Below are positions 12,481 through 26,069 of a stretch of DNA of 64,000 bases, in pieces; positions within the stretch are counted from its first letter, which is position 1, and each line of letters starts with the position of its first letter. The position numbers and the translations under genes were made by a program. The notes under the pieces were generated by a model that saw only the letters and a program-made list of their open reading frames with translations, ran no database searches and was not told the DNA's origin. This DNA comes from Lama glama (lineage: Eukaryota): NCBI GenBank assembly GCA_028534125.1, contig CM052816.1:35342001-35406000 (forward strand), in the 5' to 3' direction.

Positions 12481-13861
12481 CAAGGTGATTCTTTGTGAGG
12501 CTGACATCAAGATTTTAAATGCTTCATGAGGAGAGAATGAAAACGAAGTAGAATAAGGTTGATGCAGCCCAGCTGCCACTGGGTTGTTGATGGCTCATGA
12601 GAGCTTATTTAAGATGGAATTATCCAGACTTTGTTAAATGAACTGATATTGGCCACTGTATTCTGACATGACTATTTTGAGGGTGCTGAATCATATCCCT
12701 ATAATGGGGGTGGTGAAGTTTTGTCTGCAGGGAATTTAAATTCTTCTGTCAATCATACTGAGAATGAAAACTGGCAGATATCATACTGAATAAGGAGAAA
12801 ACTTCCTTCTGTTTCTGGTCCTAGAATCAGTTTGGATTGGACTCCAAGAATAAGATTCCGGGGGCATTTCTAAAGTGAAAGACACCTTGATCAGATGAGA
12901 ACTGGCTGGGAATGAGATTCCTATATGGAATCTTGGCATGAGTCTGGGCCTGGACAGGGTATAAGTAACTACCTCATTCTAATCTTTTCTTTTATTCCTA
13001 AACATGCAGTGAAGTTTTGTCAAAAGTCACAGTCTGGACTCGGTTACACTGTGGGAGATTCAGGAAGGGCTCCTCCCGTGCTTCAGAAAGAGACACAAAG
13101 GGGAGGGGGGTATACATCCTTCTTGAGATCAGGGTGCTGATAACAGTTTGCAAAAAGCCATGCCCAGCTAAGCAGTCAGTGTGAGCTTACAGGGAGACAC
13201 TGGAGTCCTCAAGCCTTAGCAGTCACAAGAACCCTGTGGACCTGCTCCGGACAACACACAGCAGAGCCCTGGGAGCTCTCCGAAGCAGTTGGCAGGTAAT
13301 TTGATGACAGCCAGTTTCTGGGAGTGAGTCAGGACTGCAGCTATTGTAGTTTGTGCACCAAGTAAAAGGTGTTTCCTTATTTTATAGCCATAGGATGGTG
13401 TGATCTGAGACAATGAGGTGACATAGTAATCCCGGCAAACAAGGATGAAGCCAAACTAATGCAGTGGTATGAGGACAGAGAGAGTGACAGGGGTAATACT
13501 GAGGACAGAAAATCAGGATGTGGTAATATACTGAAGTCTGGGCTAGAGGTAAATAGTTGAAAGTCATAATTATAGAGATGAAAGTTGAGGCTGTGGTTTG
13601 TAGACAATATTGCCAGGGTGAGAGTGTTGAGAAAGTATTTTATAAATAGTAAACCATTGTTGAAGTGTTAGCAATTAATTTCATGTGCTATCAAAGTGGT
13701 CTCAATCTCTCTCTCTTTTCGGTCTCATTATTTTATGAGCACATCTCATACATGTGTATTCAGTGTAAATATTTTTTAATCTTTTTTAACATACTAAACT
13801 TTTAGAGAAAAACTTTTAGTAAGTCCATTAGAGCTGTTGGTATCTTTAGTTTCTGCTAGAG

Positions 13862-14372
13862 GAGTGTTTCTCACTCCTGGCACTGTTAATATTTTAGTTT
13901 GGGGCCAGATAATCTTTTTTTTTGATGGTAATGTTTCTCTTTACTTTAGAAATGAGTTGACTTCACATATGAAAAATACCACTTAGCATATAAGGTGGAA
14001 AAACTTACATAGAAATTATTCCTTAACGCCCCCTCCTTGGTGCTCAATGTGGCATCTCCCACTGAGGTAAGCAGTGCTATTGTCCACGGCTTTAAAAAAA
14101 CCAAAAACCAAAAACCAAACCAAAACAAACAAACCCACCATAAAGGGGAAAAAAACCCAATCCTATAAAAACTCTCCATCTCTGTTGTAAGGAGAAGACG
14201 ATTCTTTGTGGGGAACTGGCCTGTGCACTGTAGACTATTGAGAAGCATCCCTGGCTTCTCTACCCACTAAATCCACTAATTGCTAGTAGCAACCATCCTC
14301 ACCCACTGGCATGACAAATAAAGATGTCTCCAGACATTGCCAAATGTCCCTTGAGGGGCAAAATCAGCCCTG
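13862..14372 (+). mobile_element. MER20 split by a retroposed insert
   Basis: 5' half ends at ggggccagataatc; 3' half resumes at attctttgtgggg...gtctccagacattgccaaatgtcccttgaggggcaaaatc. Confidence 0.85.
13915..14195 (-). pseudogene. 5'-truncated retrocopy of an mRNA 3' end (source unknown)
   Basis: Minus strand ends AGTAAA, 16 nt, then A9; degenerate TSD agataatcttt (13907-13917) and agacgattcttt (14196-14207); body does not resemble L1 or SINE. Confidence 0.6.
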
Positions 14373-15192
14373 CTTACATGCAAACCTGAGAATATATATA
14401 CCCACTAAACTTATCAGTGAGAAATAGATAAACTATTTTCAAATAACAGATTCTTTAATAGGATAATTCATTCATTGTCACTGTAATTTTTTCTAATTGC
14501 ACCTGTTCTATATACAAGACTCAGATATTCATAAGATCAGAGCTGCATTTCCTATAGAACATACCAGAGACAGCATCAGTAGAACAATTAATCTGCATGA
14601 AACTTATCTGAAAATTTTTCAGTATTTAGATGGAACCTAAGTTCAAGTATGTCAGTGCTTACTTATCCTTTTCTTTTTCAACAAATTAAGAGTTTAAGCA
14701 ACTGACAAGGATAATTCTTTTTAATTCTTAAGAAAAGAACTTTCTAAGCCCCATTAAGTACTTTTGAATTACCATTTAGATTTAAACTACTGACATGTTA
14801 AGCAGAAATCATTCCATACCATTCATTATACCTGGACCACAAAACAACTTACGAGGCATTGCACTTTTACCTTAATCAACTAATTCTGAAATGAGTTTGG
14901 AAACAAGACATTTTGTCAAACAGAATATATAATTTAGACTTTTCATAAATTCATCCTGGGTATCTCACAATGTCCTCGATTTTGAAAGAAGTTAGCAAGA
15001 CAAACAAGTGTTAGGAAGAATGACCTTCTGCTGTGAGGACTTGGCTTGTATTCATAATTTTCTTTTCTTCTAATTTAACCTATTTATAGTTTCCTACCTT
15101 ACCCAAAAAAGGAGCATCATTAATCTTGAAGTGAATAGCAATTCTATACTATCATGGTTAAAAAACACAGGCTTTTAGTGTTTAGAGGAACT

Positions 15193-15250
15193 GTTGTACA
15201 CCTAAAACTAACACAATGTTACAGGTCAATTATATCTCAATTTAGAAAAA
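15193..15250 (+). mobile_element. L1 3' terminal tip
   Basis: tgtacacctaaaactaacacaatgttacaggtcaattatatctcaat plus A-rich tail; TSD aggaact. Confidence 0.75.
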
Positions 15251-15439
15251 AGGAACTAATGTTAGACCCTTCATTTTGAACATTAAGAAACTGACTTTTG
15301 GAATAAATGCGGTATACCAGTGTCTACAACTCTGTATACTTCTTCCTAGGAAGTCATAAAGCTTTCTCAGATAACACCTATCAAAGAAGTGAACCTAAAG
15401 ACAACAGGAGAGTGAAGAACAGAACCATTCTGAAATATA

Positions 15440-15640
15440 ATGGAGAGCATTACAGTTTGGGAGTCAGATGGCCATCAATTCAAATGGCTACATTGGTGCT
15501 AGCTGGCTCTATGCCAAATGGCTGAGGCATTAGTTAACTTACCAGGTTCTCAATGCCTTTATTTTAAAAATGAGGATAGTGATGTCTTTCAGGTTGTGTG
15601 GAATCAGAAATAATATGTGAATAATATGTAAGGTATATGC
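15440..15640 (+). mobile_element. MIR
   Basis: gtttgggagtcagatgg...aaaatgaggatagtgat...aggttgtgtggaatcagaaataata. Confidence 0.6.
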
Positions 15641-16019
15641 AAACACTAATCTTATTTGAGCTATATAGTCTATGCTGATAAATTGTATATATTATTCCTA
15701 AGTATAAAAATATAGAAATAATATACAAAATATATATTATAGATAAAAGTCTATATTTATCTATATTTTGAGATATAGTATATTTAAATTTTATTGTAGT
15801 TTAATTTACCAATATTTTCAGGACACTTAAACTGGAACTCTCAAGATTAATTATAAATTTAGGAAAATTAATATACACATATTGTAAAAAAATATAAAAT
15901 ATATTTGTTTTCCCCTTCTCTATTTTTAAATTTAACAAATGGGTTTGAATGTTTATGAAAATTTATTTAAATGGGCTGATGGTATAATATATGTAATCTA
16001 TTTTAACAAAGGGAGAAAG

Positions 16020-17720
16020 TATAACTTTCTTTCAATTGTGAAATACGTCATATAAACATAAGAGTGTATAAAATGTGTACATACAATATAAAGAAAAATA
16101 ATAATGTGAACACTGAGTATCTACTGTTCAGGTTACAAAATAAAACAGTCAGTACTTGGAAGCTCCTTTGTGCCTTCATCTAATGTATCCCCTTCCATCT
16201 CCCTAGAGGTAACAGCCACATTTACTTTTATATTATTCTCTTGCTTTGTTTTCTATTTACACACCTATGTATGCATCCTTAAAGACATGTTGTTTACTTT
16301 TGTCTGTTTTTGAACTGTATATAATGGAATCATAAAATCTGTTTTTGTTTTTACTTGCTTCTGTCACTCAGCAATATTTTGTGAGCAACTCATAACTCAT
16401 ATTGCTAAGTATCTATTTTCATTTCTGTATGGCATTCCGCTGTATGAATATATCATAATTTATCTACTCTACTGTAACGGTTAGTTATCTCCAGTTTTTG
16501 CATATTAAAAACCAAACTGCTATGAATGTTATTATATTTGAATCTTTGCGCACATGCACAAGAATTCCTCTAGGTCACTTATCCAGGAGTAGAATTCCTT
16601 CGGGGTAGAATATGAGTGTGCAACTCTACTAGGTTATTGCTAAACTTTTTTCCAAAGGAACTGTACCAATTAACACTTCTACCAATAGGATTAGGAGTTT
16701 CCAATATTTACTAATACTTGGTATTGTCAGATTTGCTGTTTAGATTTGGATTTCTCTGATCACTAATGAAATTTAGCATCCTTTCTTATTTGTGTTAGCC
16801 ATGGATTTTCATCTTTTGTGAAGTTCTTGTTCATTATCTGCCTGTCCTTCTAGTGGGTTATATATCTTTTTCTATTGTTTTGTAGTTCTTTCTATATCCT
16901 GCATACTCGTTCTTTCTCAGTATTTGTGTTACAAATTTTTGCCTTCCTTGGCTAATTTGTATCTTGTCTTTTCATTCCTTTTATCATGTCTGTTATGAAC
17001 AGAAGTTCTTAACTTTAATATGACCAAATACAGAAATCTTTTCCTGTATGATTTATGCCTTTTTTGCCTTGTTTCAGGAATTTTTTCTATCTAAGATCAT
17101 ATATTTTTTGGTACATTGTTTAAAAAAATTCTTCCTTACACCAAGATCATAAGGATATTTTCTTATATTTACTTACAAATATTTACATTTTTTTTTCTTA
17201 CAGTTAGGTCTTTAATTTACTTGAAATCGACTTTTGTGTATTCTGGGAGGTCGAAGTCAATTTTTTGAAAAATTCCCATACAGATAACCAGTTTTCTGAG
17301 CATCACTTATTAACACTCATCTTTTATTCATTGACCTATAATATAACTTCTGTTTTATACTAAGTTTCCATAGATATTCAGGTTTATTTGGGGCCTTTGG
17401 TAATGTCTTAATTTTCCTAAATTTATAATTAGTCTCAAGGGTTCCAGTTTAAGTGTTCGGTATTTCGTTCTTTTTCAAAAGAATGACATTGTTCATTTGT
17501 TTGGTTTGGTTTTTTTTCTTTATGTATCTTAGAATCAGCTTTAAAATTTCCATCAAATACTCTTGATGTTTTTTGAAATGACATTGAATTTATGGATTCA
17601 TTTGTGGGAAACTGACATTTTCAGAATATTGTCTATTTATCTGTAAACATGTATTTCTGTTTAGAAAATTTTATATTTTTCATAAACTTTTACACACATT
17701 CTTTAGATCTGTTTCTATGT
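16020..17720 (-). mobile_element. Old L1 (L1ME-like) 3' region and ORF2 remnant
   Basis: ggagtagaattcc, atgaacagaagttcttaactttaat, gataaccagttttctgagcatcacttatt, tcttagaatcagctt. Confidence 0.8.
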
Positions 17721-17724
17721 GTCT

Positions 17725-18025
17725 ATGTCAGATAGCTCCTATTTGCCTCTCCATGTCCTCTCTTACTTTTCTCCACTTTGCTCTCTGCTCTGGGAGGCTG
17801 ACTTACAAGGACTACATCCATGGTTTCCCCATGCTCTCTGGCTCTCTCAACCAATAAGGGACCCCAGTAGTAGGTCAGAGAGAAGGAGGAGAGTGAGGTC
17901 AGGGTATCACTGACTGCTCTACAGGGTTGCCTCCACGGAGGGTTACTTCTCTCAAAGTAGTACAATTCTCTTTCCTTCTAAGTCCCTCCTTTCATCCCTT
18001 TGGGTAAAGAGTGATAACAGCTTCT
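17725..18025. mobile_element. ERVL LTR (LTR33-like) fragment
   Basis: gggaggctgacttacaaggactacatc...ggaggagagtgaggtcagggtat matches the recalled LTR33 core. Confidence 0.65.
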
Positions 18026-18187
18026 TATGGAATAAAGAATAGCAGTCCAAGGATTGGACATTAAGGATTATTTAAGATTTGTGACCTAGAAAAAGAAAGA
18101 AAACATTTTTTGGTATGTATGAGATGGGGACATTTTTTACATGTTATAGAAATATCGAGAGAAATAGACTGAAAAAGCCTTTAAAAA

Positions 18188-18395
18188 TAATAATCATGAA
18201 ATTATTGAGTATCAACTATGTGCCTTGCTCTGTGCTAGGTGCTTTACATATTTTATCTCCAAGCTTATGATAATCTTATGAGATAGATTTTTATCATCCT
18301 GATTTCTCAAAGTCACAGAGCGACTTAGTCAATAGTAGACTCAACTTTTAACTCAGGTCTGCTGATTCTAAAGCCCATTCTAATAACCACCTTGC
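18188..18395 (-). mobile_element. MIR
   Basis: ttattgagtatcaactatgtgcc...tgtgctaggtgctttacat...caggtctgctgattctaaagccc. Confidence 0.8.
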
Positions 18396-19289
18396 TGTTC
18401 TGTCTATATTTTACCATTAAATTAACAATCAGGAAATTATGTGCTTTTAGAATGTAGTTTCAGTTTAAAGACCAGAATGTGGTTTCAGAGGAGTGATCAA
18501 GCTGGATGATCTCAAAGGTTAAGGAATGAAGTGGCGAGGAAATAAAGATGGCAGTGTCATACCGGCTATTTGATAAGTCTAGTAGTAAAAGGTTGGAGAT
18601 GAACAGTATTAATTGCCAAACATCCTCCCCCCTCCCCAAAAATTCTGTGTCACACAAACTCTGTCCTTTCTCATCCTGAAATAGAGGTATGCTCACTGGC
18701 TCTCTCTGAGGTATCCTACTATGTTATTCCAATAGTGATGTGTCAGGTCGGTAGGGCTTTTCTATCTTCATAGGAAAAAAGAATCTAGACAAGCTTTATG
18801 GGGACAGAGCATCTCATTCATCTCTGCATTCCGACCAGAGAGCCTGTATGCTTCAAACCGAACATTATGATTTTGGCTCCACAATCTGAAATCTTCCTGC
18901 AGGGCTTGTTTATCCTCATTAAAGTAACACAGTGACTCTCTTCCAGGTCACCTTGTCCCAGCAGCACAGAAGATATTTATGTCTGTCATCCTCTTGGCTT
19001 TCCTTCCTAATAGCTCTGCTACCTAATATTTAAGCACAGACAGGTGCCATTTAATAAAACACTTGTAAGAAGGTTGAGGGACTAATCAACTTTAACTTTG
19101 GATCAGCAACTCTCAAAAGGGAGAAGCCAGTGCTATCACTGGAAACAAAGAATTTCTCTGGGGATAGTAGTCAAAATGGAGAATGAAAATGAATGCCCAG
19201 ATTCCTGGTAAACAGGAAGTGGAATAAGTAGCTAAAAGCCATTTTTCCTCCTCACTGTAAGGAAAAATCAAAAAGAACCTAGACCAGCC

Positions 19290-19887
19290 TGTTCCACAAA
19301 ACCGACCTCTGTACCCCGAAAACAGACTGAGACTCTGAGACAGAGTTTTGAGAGGATTAGAAAGAACAGCTTTATTGCTTTGCCAGGCAGAGGGGAGTCA
19401 CAGCAGGCCAGTGCCTTAGGCTAGTGCCAGTGAATCTGTCTTAGAGTTGGGATCTTGAAGTTTTATAGGAAAAAACTAGATGGAGCAGAAAAGGTGATAA
19501 CTATAAGGGTGCTTTACAGGGTGCTGCTACATTCTCCTTAACCTCAATGAATCTTTCTGGGTCATGGGGGAATTACTACAGAGGGCCTGTGCATTCTTCT
19601 GAGATTATTGGCCCATACCTTCTTCCTGGAGCATAGCCTCTGGTTTAAAACTATTGTAAAGAATGTAAGGAAGAAGTTTGGGGGTTGCTTAGCACAAAAG
19701 CAGTAAGGGAGAGAAAGCAAACTGGAGGGTTTTTAGAAAGACTCAGCAAACAGTTTTAGCATCAGGCAAGTTCATTTCCTACTCCTTTAAGCCTGACTTT
19801 GACTTACGGCAGGACTCAAGAAAGGTATGGACCTTCCTGCACAAAAGACCACAGTTCAGCTAACTAAACTTTGCTTCTTTCTTTTCA
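19290..19887 (-). mobile_element. ERV1-class LTR (artiodactyl-type), probably solo
   Basis: Begins TG; gacagagttttg...gaaagaacagctttattgctttgccaggcag (AATAAA on minus) is typical of cetartiodactyl ERV1 LTRs; right end uncertain. Confidence 0.65.
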
Positions 19888-22419
19888 TACATCTTTCATG
19901 TTTTATGGCATTTTTACTTCCTTCAACTCACATATTTTATGCTATTAAAATGTGTTTCCTAAAAAAGTCTTTAGTCTACAAGTCACAATTATAAGTTTAA
20001 TAACAATTATTAAATCATAGAACACAATAGATGTTATTCAAATGATTGGGAAAAGTGAATATGGGAAAGAAGGATCTTGAAGACTATAATAAAAGCCTGT
20101 TAGTGAAGGATCACATACCTCTAACAAGCGAGGGAAGGGAATCAGCAGAACATAAGTTGTACTTACGGAGGCCTAACAATAGTAATAGTAATGATAATAA
20201 TTATAGGTAAGGCTTCAATTTCAATTCAAGAATTAAAATAAATAGAAGCAAAAGAAGATTGCTAAGTATGGAGCAAATATCTCTTATTTCTGGTTTAAAC
20301 TTTAGAAAGTGAATTAAAAGATAAAAAGAGTGCTTTACTGCAGTATGGATGAGAAAAAGCGGTGCTTTGAACAAGAGTTCTGGCTGCTCATTTTAGCCTC
20401 CTTAATCAGCTGGCACAATAAAGCATAGGCTTTGGAGAAAATGTCTGATCTAAATGATGTTAGGTTTTTACAAGATTTAGAAACCCCAAAAATGTAAGGT
20501 AAAAGACAGTTCAGGGTGTGAGGTTGGATGTCTAAGTTCCTGACAACAGAGAAATTGTGACGCATTTTTAGTTAGGAGAAAGACTCCAAAGTTAAAATAT
20601 CTCTCATATTTCATTTGGCAAGCCAGTTAGATTTTTTTTTTCCCCCAAATAAGTGAAAAATTAGACCCTTTATAATCTTTTTCCTTACTATAGGCATTTC
20701 TTTCTCTTGAAGGTAGCCTATTAAATTTAACAGGAAAATATTTCTTCCTAAATAAGAGAGAAGAAATCTTAAAAATTAATTCCATCTTATATAAAATAAC
20801 TATTATTTGATAGAAGTTTACAACTTATTACAAAACAGTGCAATAGTTACAAATTCTAGTTTAATACAAATTTTAACACATCCTCCTATACAAATCATTT
20901 GGTTTATCTAAAATGTTACTCTATTGACAGTATAATTTTGAATTACGATAGTAGCACAATAACGAAATAATCTTAACAAAATGAAGATGAAAAGTGAATT
21001 CATACTTTATAAGATTTTATGTGGACTTGAGCTGACCTGATCCTCAATTATGGTGAAAAAAAGTTAAAATCAGATCTCTGTTCCATGACTGGACTAGGAT
21101 AATATATCTAAGTTTTTAGAAGATCACTAGCCACTTTAAAATAAAAATATATCAGATACATAATGTCTCAATGAAAATAAATGACTGTATCATTCCAAGA
21201 TTAGTAAAATGAAAATACCCTATTTATGCTCCCTTGCTGAGACATTGCAGCCTTTAGCATCTCATAAATCCTAGCTAATTACATGTCAAGAGAAAAGGTT
21301 AATTATAAGTTTAATATGCTTCCCTTTTGTATCTAATGAATCAATATCATACATGGAGAACACTAGGGGAATAGAACAGAAATGAAAATACTTTACAATA
21401 ACTTTTAGTAGGTTCTGTATGTGAAGAACTTTCTAAACAGTGATCCTGCCCCACAATAAAAAACGCTGCTTCACTAGAAGTACTCTTCATCCTTCAGACA
21501 TTTATTGAGCATCGACTCTGGCCCAGCCAGGTTGTGTAAGGGACAAATATATATAACAATGTTTCTGCCCTCAAAGAACTTGCAACTCTGGGGTAGAGAA
21601 CTCCTGCACTTGGAGCTCCCGTCCCTGTAGTTTCTTGAGAAGCCTTTGGTATGTGACATCTCAGTTGCTGTCAAAGTCAGTCCCTGGCTGAATGGTTGGT
21701 TGGGCTCAGACGTCAGCTTTCCAAAAGAGCTTTTTTTGGTTTAATTTCCAGGAGAATTATAGAGTTTTCTAAATACTACAGAATTTTGTAAACTTAAAGC
21801 GACACACAATGAATGTATCAAAAGACCATTAATATAATAGGATTATAATTTCATTTTACTGTAAGAAAGAGAATACACATCTTCATTGATAAATCATTTC
21901 AAGATCACTCCAGCCTCAGAATTATCAGTGCTGAAGCACCATGAGCTGGTCTTGTAATTACATTACACTTTATTAAGCTGTGCTGCTCTAGAGACATCAA
22001 TTTATCTCTCATCATTTTCTTTACTTTATTTGAAATGCCATAGCATCAATGTCAACTTAAGTCCCCAGTGTGCTGTGAATAATGAATCATCCACTTGATC
22101 TATTAAAGTGTAGATTTACCCTTAAATGTAGACTCCATAATTGTGTCTTACTCCAGGAATCTTTGCTTTTACAATAGGGAGAAGGAGAATATATGCGTCC
22201 AAAGGGAAAGCTTTCACCAAGGGTTGAACTGGCTTTCATTGCTGATGCAAAACAAAGGACATTAGCATTAAGGCAGCACATGGCACAACTAGTGAAGCTT
22301 AACTGTATCCAAGTAATAAACAAGGTACTTAGGTATCCACTCACTGTGTTATTCTTTGTAAGGATAATCTGCTATATAAAATAATTTGGCTGTGCAATGA
22401 ATTTTTTTACATTCACTAC

Positions 22420-22595
22420 CTCTAATCTTCACAAATGTCTAAAATACTCCTTATAATCTTCATTTTACAAAAGAAGACATTTACTCTTAAAGGTAGGTTA
22501 GATTCCCCAATGTTGTCGAAAACAGAGCAGTCAAAGCCAGTGTTTGAATCCAGATCTGAGTTCATATTTCCTCTTTCCACAAAGCACTGCCTCTC
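22420..22595 (-). mobile_element. MIR
   Basis: atcttcattttacaaaagaag...gccagtgtttgaatccagatctg...ctctttccac. Confidence 0.6.
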
Positions 22596-23079
22596 CAGCA
22601 AATCCATTCTTTAGCTTAAAATGGTAGTTCTACATTCAAACTAAGCACCCATAGATAGAGGACAACATCCTTACAAAACCCAACACAGTTGACTCATCAG
22701 TCTCTTCCTAAAGCAGCACTATTAATGAGGTATCCACCACAACTTGGAAGCTGTCTCAGTTTTTCTGTGTTGTGAACACACATCTGAAGCAAACCTGTCC
22801 AGTCGCATTTAGGAGAGTGGTTCACACAGGGCACAGGACTTATCAACTTAAGGAGGTCACATCCTCATTTGTTATCTCTCCAGGGCAATTTTAAAGCAGC
22901 AAGAAAAGTGCTGATTACTGACTACCGAGAATGAGTCTTCCTTGATTTGAGTGTGTGTAGCTTCTGAAGAGAATGCGATGAGGTGCCAGTATTCACAACT
23001 AGTTATTACTGTCTTCACTTATGATTGTATCTTAGAACATGATAAAAGCAACATGTTTTGATTAGTCATAATTAAGGGA

Positions 23080-23206
23080 GTAGAGTGGCCCTGCCCACAT
23101 TTGATTTTGGACTCCTGGCCTCCAGAACTGTGAGAGAATAAATTTCTGTTGTTTCAAGGCACAAAGTTTATGGTAATTCATTATGGCAGCCACAGAAAAC
23201 TAACAC
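23080..23206 (+). mobile_element. MaLR LTR (MLT1) 3' end
   Basis: tggcctccagaactgtgagagaataaatttctgttgtttcaag...atggcagccacagaaaactaacaca. Confidence 0.85.
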
Positions 23207-23789
23207 AACACTCCAAGAGAACAAAATAGAACATGCAAAGATATTTCCATTATAATCTTAACTGTATGAAAAGACTTATGAAAAAAATTGAAAAGAAACT
23301 TGCTATCATGTTGGGAATGACTGCCTCTAGGTAATGAGATCAAAACTGTGTTGTTTGCTTCTTTACAGTTTCTGCATTTCCCCAAATTTTTAGAATATGT
23401 ATTTTTTTGTATTAAAAACATATATACATCCCCTGGGACTGTGAGAAGCTGTATATATTGTTATGTTAATTGCATAATTTATCATAAAAAATCAGAAGCA
23501 ACCTAATTATCTAATATTTGATAATGATTAATTAAATTCTGATTAGTTCTTTTGATGGAATATTAAGCAACCATATTATGAATATTATGTAGTAACAAAG
23601 GAAAAGTTTTAAAACAAGAAGACAGCATAGTTTACTGATTAAGACTATGGGAATTGGAAACAAATTGACTGCATTTAAAAAGACTTGCTTCTTAATAGTT
23701 AAGTACCTTGAAAACCTCTTTGTTTCCCTGTTTTCTCATTTGGGGAATAATAGAATTGACTTAAAGATTATTTGAAGATCAAATGGATA

Positions 23790-24538
23790 ATATTTCATCC
23801 ATTCTAAGGAGAATATTTTCCCACATTTATTTTAACATGTGTAATGTCAGGCTGTGACTTATAATTGAAGGTGTCTTAAAATCATAGAGCGGCTGTTGCT
23901 TACACTTGTAAACTTGGCCGTCACTGTTCATGTGGTTGTCACATCAATTGAATTATGCACATTGTGGTACCACATAATTTGAATTTAATTGTCATTTTAA
24001 ATGCCTCAACATTACACTGTGATTTAGCATGGAAATAAAAGTTATTGTGTATGTACAAAGTATAAGAAAGAGCAGGAGGGCTTATATTTGATACTAGCAA
24101 ACAAATATCTGTCCCTGAAGGAAAAATTGCAATTCCACACATTTATGCAAAGCAGCCTTCGAGAGGAAGCTGTGTTACATTTTGTCACTGTGAGATGAAC
24201 CTATCATATACCAGCCCAATGCCACTGAAGGCAAGAGAAATGGTGAAATAGCTTGAAATAGATGAAAGAAACCTCAAAGTAATGAGAGGTTGGTCTGATC
24301 AATTCATACCTTCTGTAGAGCCATCATCAGAGTGGTAGCATCAGTGAGTCAGGAATGTTCTGTTGCCTTTAGATAGAAGTTACTTAATTTCCAGAGATAA
24401 ACGGTTCATTTGAGGAAAAAACCCCATGTGTTGTTTGTGTAAGAATTTCGCAGACAATTTTTTTAAAATTCTTTTTTAATGATACATAAGATAATGGTGC
24501 ATCTTGCAATCAATAACATCTTAGTTTCAATGAACTAT
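23790..24538. mobile_element. Tc2/pogo-superfamily DNA transposon (Kanga/MER104-like) with decayed transposase HTH
   Basis: Inverted termini tatttcatccattctaag ... cttagtttcaatgaacta; internal agaggttggtctgatcaattc resembles the CENP-B-type HTH segment. Confidence 0.65.
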
Positions 24539-25030
24539 GATTCTAGGAAATTTCTAATCATTGTGCCTGATAAATGAGAAGCACTTCCTAAGTGTTAGTT
24601 ATATATAAGCTAAACAAAAACAAAACAAAAAGCAAAAAACAAAAAAAAATCCAAACCAACCTATAAAGTAGTATGTGTATAGATCTTGCTGTTAAAAAAT
24701 TCAAATAAACATGGATTTAGAGAAAATATAAACAAAAGCAAATAATACGTTAGGTTGGTGGGTTAATGGATGTTTTTTTCTTTTCATTTGAAAATTGTTA
24801 CAAAAACTTATCATTTTCTTATTATTAAAAATGCTTTCAATCGAAAAAGTATATTTCATTAATACAAAAATAAGACAAAGATTCCAAGGGTTTTTTAAAT
24901 GAAATGTAAATCTCTTTCCTACCACAGACTCCATTTTGGTTTTCCCAGAAGAAATTATTGATTTCATTTTTTTATATAAACTTCTTGAATGTTTCTACAT
25001 ATAAACAAGCACATATATGTATGCATATGT

Positions 25031-25344
25031 TGTAAAAAATTAGTAAACAGAAACCCTAATTAAATAGCGTTGGGCGACCAGAAGGGGGAGCTCTCGTGCC
25101 CTGTGATGATAACAGAGCCCAATGAGACTTACTGGCAAGGACTCAATGAACAGCTATGGACTCTGATTACTATAGGTCTCCCAACTTCCTTTTCCCCTCT
25201 ATGAAAGGCTTCTCCCCTTGCCATGTGGTGACTTGCACGCAGCCTGACATGCTTTCAGACTCTGGACTCCAGTTCTCTGCTGATCCTGAGTGAACCCATT
25301 CTTGCTGGAGACATATCTGATAGTCTGTTTGTTCCAGGTCAACA
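25031..25344 (+). mobile_element. ERV1-class solo LTR
   Basis: TG...CA termini (tgtaaa...gtcaaca); near-TSD atgt/atat; U5-like ttgctggag...gtttgttccaggtcaaca. Confidence 0.7.
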
Positions 25345-25444
25345 ATATAATTAACACACACTTAATTTTTACACAAATGAAAACAACACATACTATTTTC
25401 TACTTCTATTTGTGTACTCTAATGCAATAACTTGAATATTGTTC

Positions 25445-26016
25445 TGTTAGGTATTTAGGTAAGTGGGGGCACTGAGCAGATAGGCGGAGAAGAAGGATGG
25501 TCCGGAAGATGGTGTTATGCCCGCCTCCAGCATAAAGGGACTTTACTTCTCCTAAATGAGTTCCAGTGAAAAAAAAACAAAAGAACAAGCAAAACAAAAC
25601 TGGTTAAAACCTGACAGGACTGTGAGGTAGCAGGAAGGACTTAACTGGACATGCCCTAATGTTCATTGTATTATAATTAACATTGCAGTTTAGCCTCCCC
25701 ACACACCATGTTTTTCTGTGTACACCATGGGTAAAGACAAGTGCAAAAGGGGCCAAACATGACTAAGCACTCCAGGGACAAGAGCTGTCAGTCAATCAAG
25801 AGACCACCTCTAAGCGCGGGTGTGAGAGAAAGGGGAGAGGAAAACCTCCGCTTTTCCCCCCTTGGATCAGCCCGCCTCCTGTTCTTGGAGGTGTACTTTT
25901 CCTTTAATTTTAAAGAAATCTTTTAAAATCTTTCGCTACACAACGCACCGTCTCTCGTTTGCAAACTTGTCTTTCGGGTATGACAAGAACCGTGGTCTTT
26001 ACCTTTTGGGGTAACA
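25445..26016. mobile_element. Young solo LTR (ERV1-like), 572 bp
   Basis: Perfect TGTTA...TAACA terminal inverted repeat; exact 4-bp TSD gttc (25441-25444, 26017-26020); many intact CpGs. Confidence 0.88.
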
Positions 26017-26069
26017 GTTCTACAGCCCATATAGATTTTGATTCTTCTTGACATCCATATGGCATTTTT

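Noticed and set aside
15938..15985. Short peptide MGLNVYENLFKWADG, reminiscent of a small-GTPase segment
   Set aside because: No acceptor AG, weak donor and no companion exons found.
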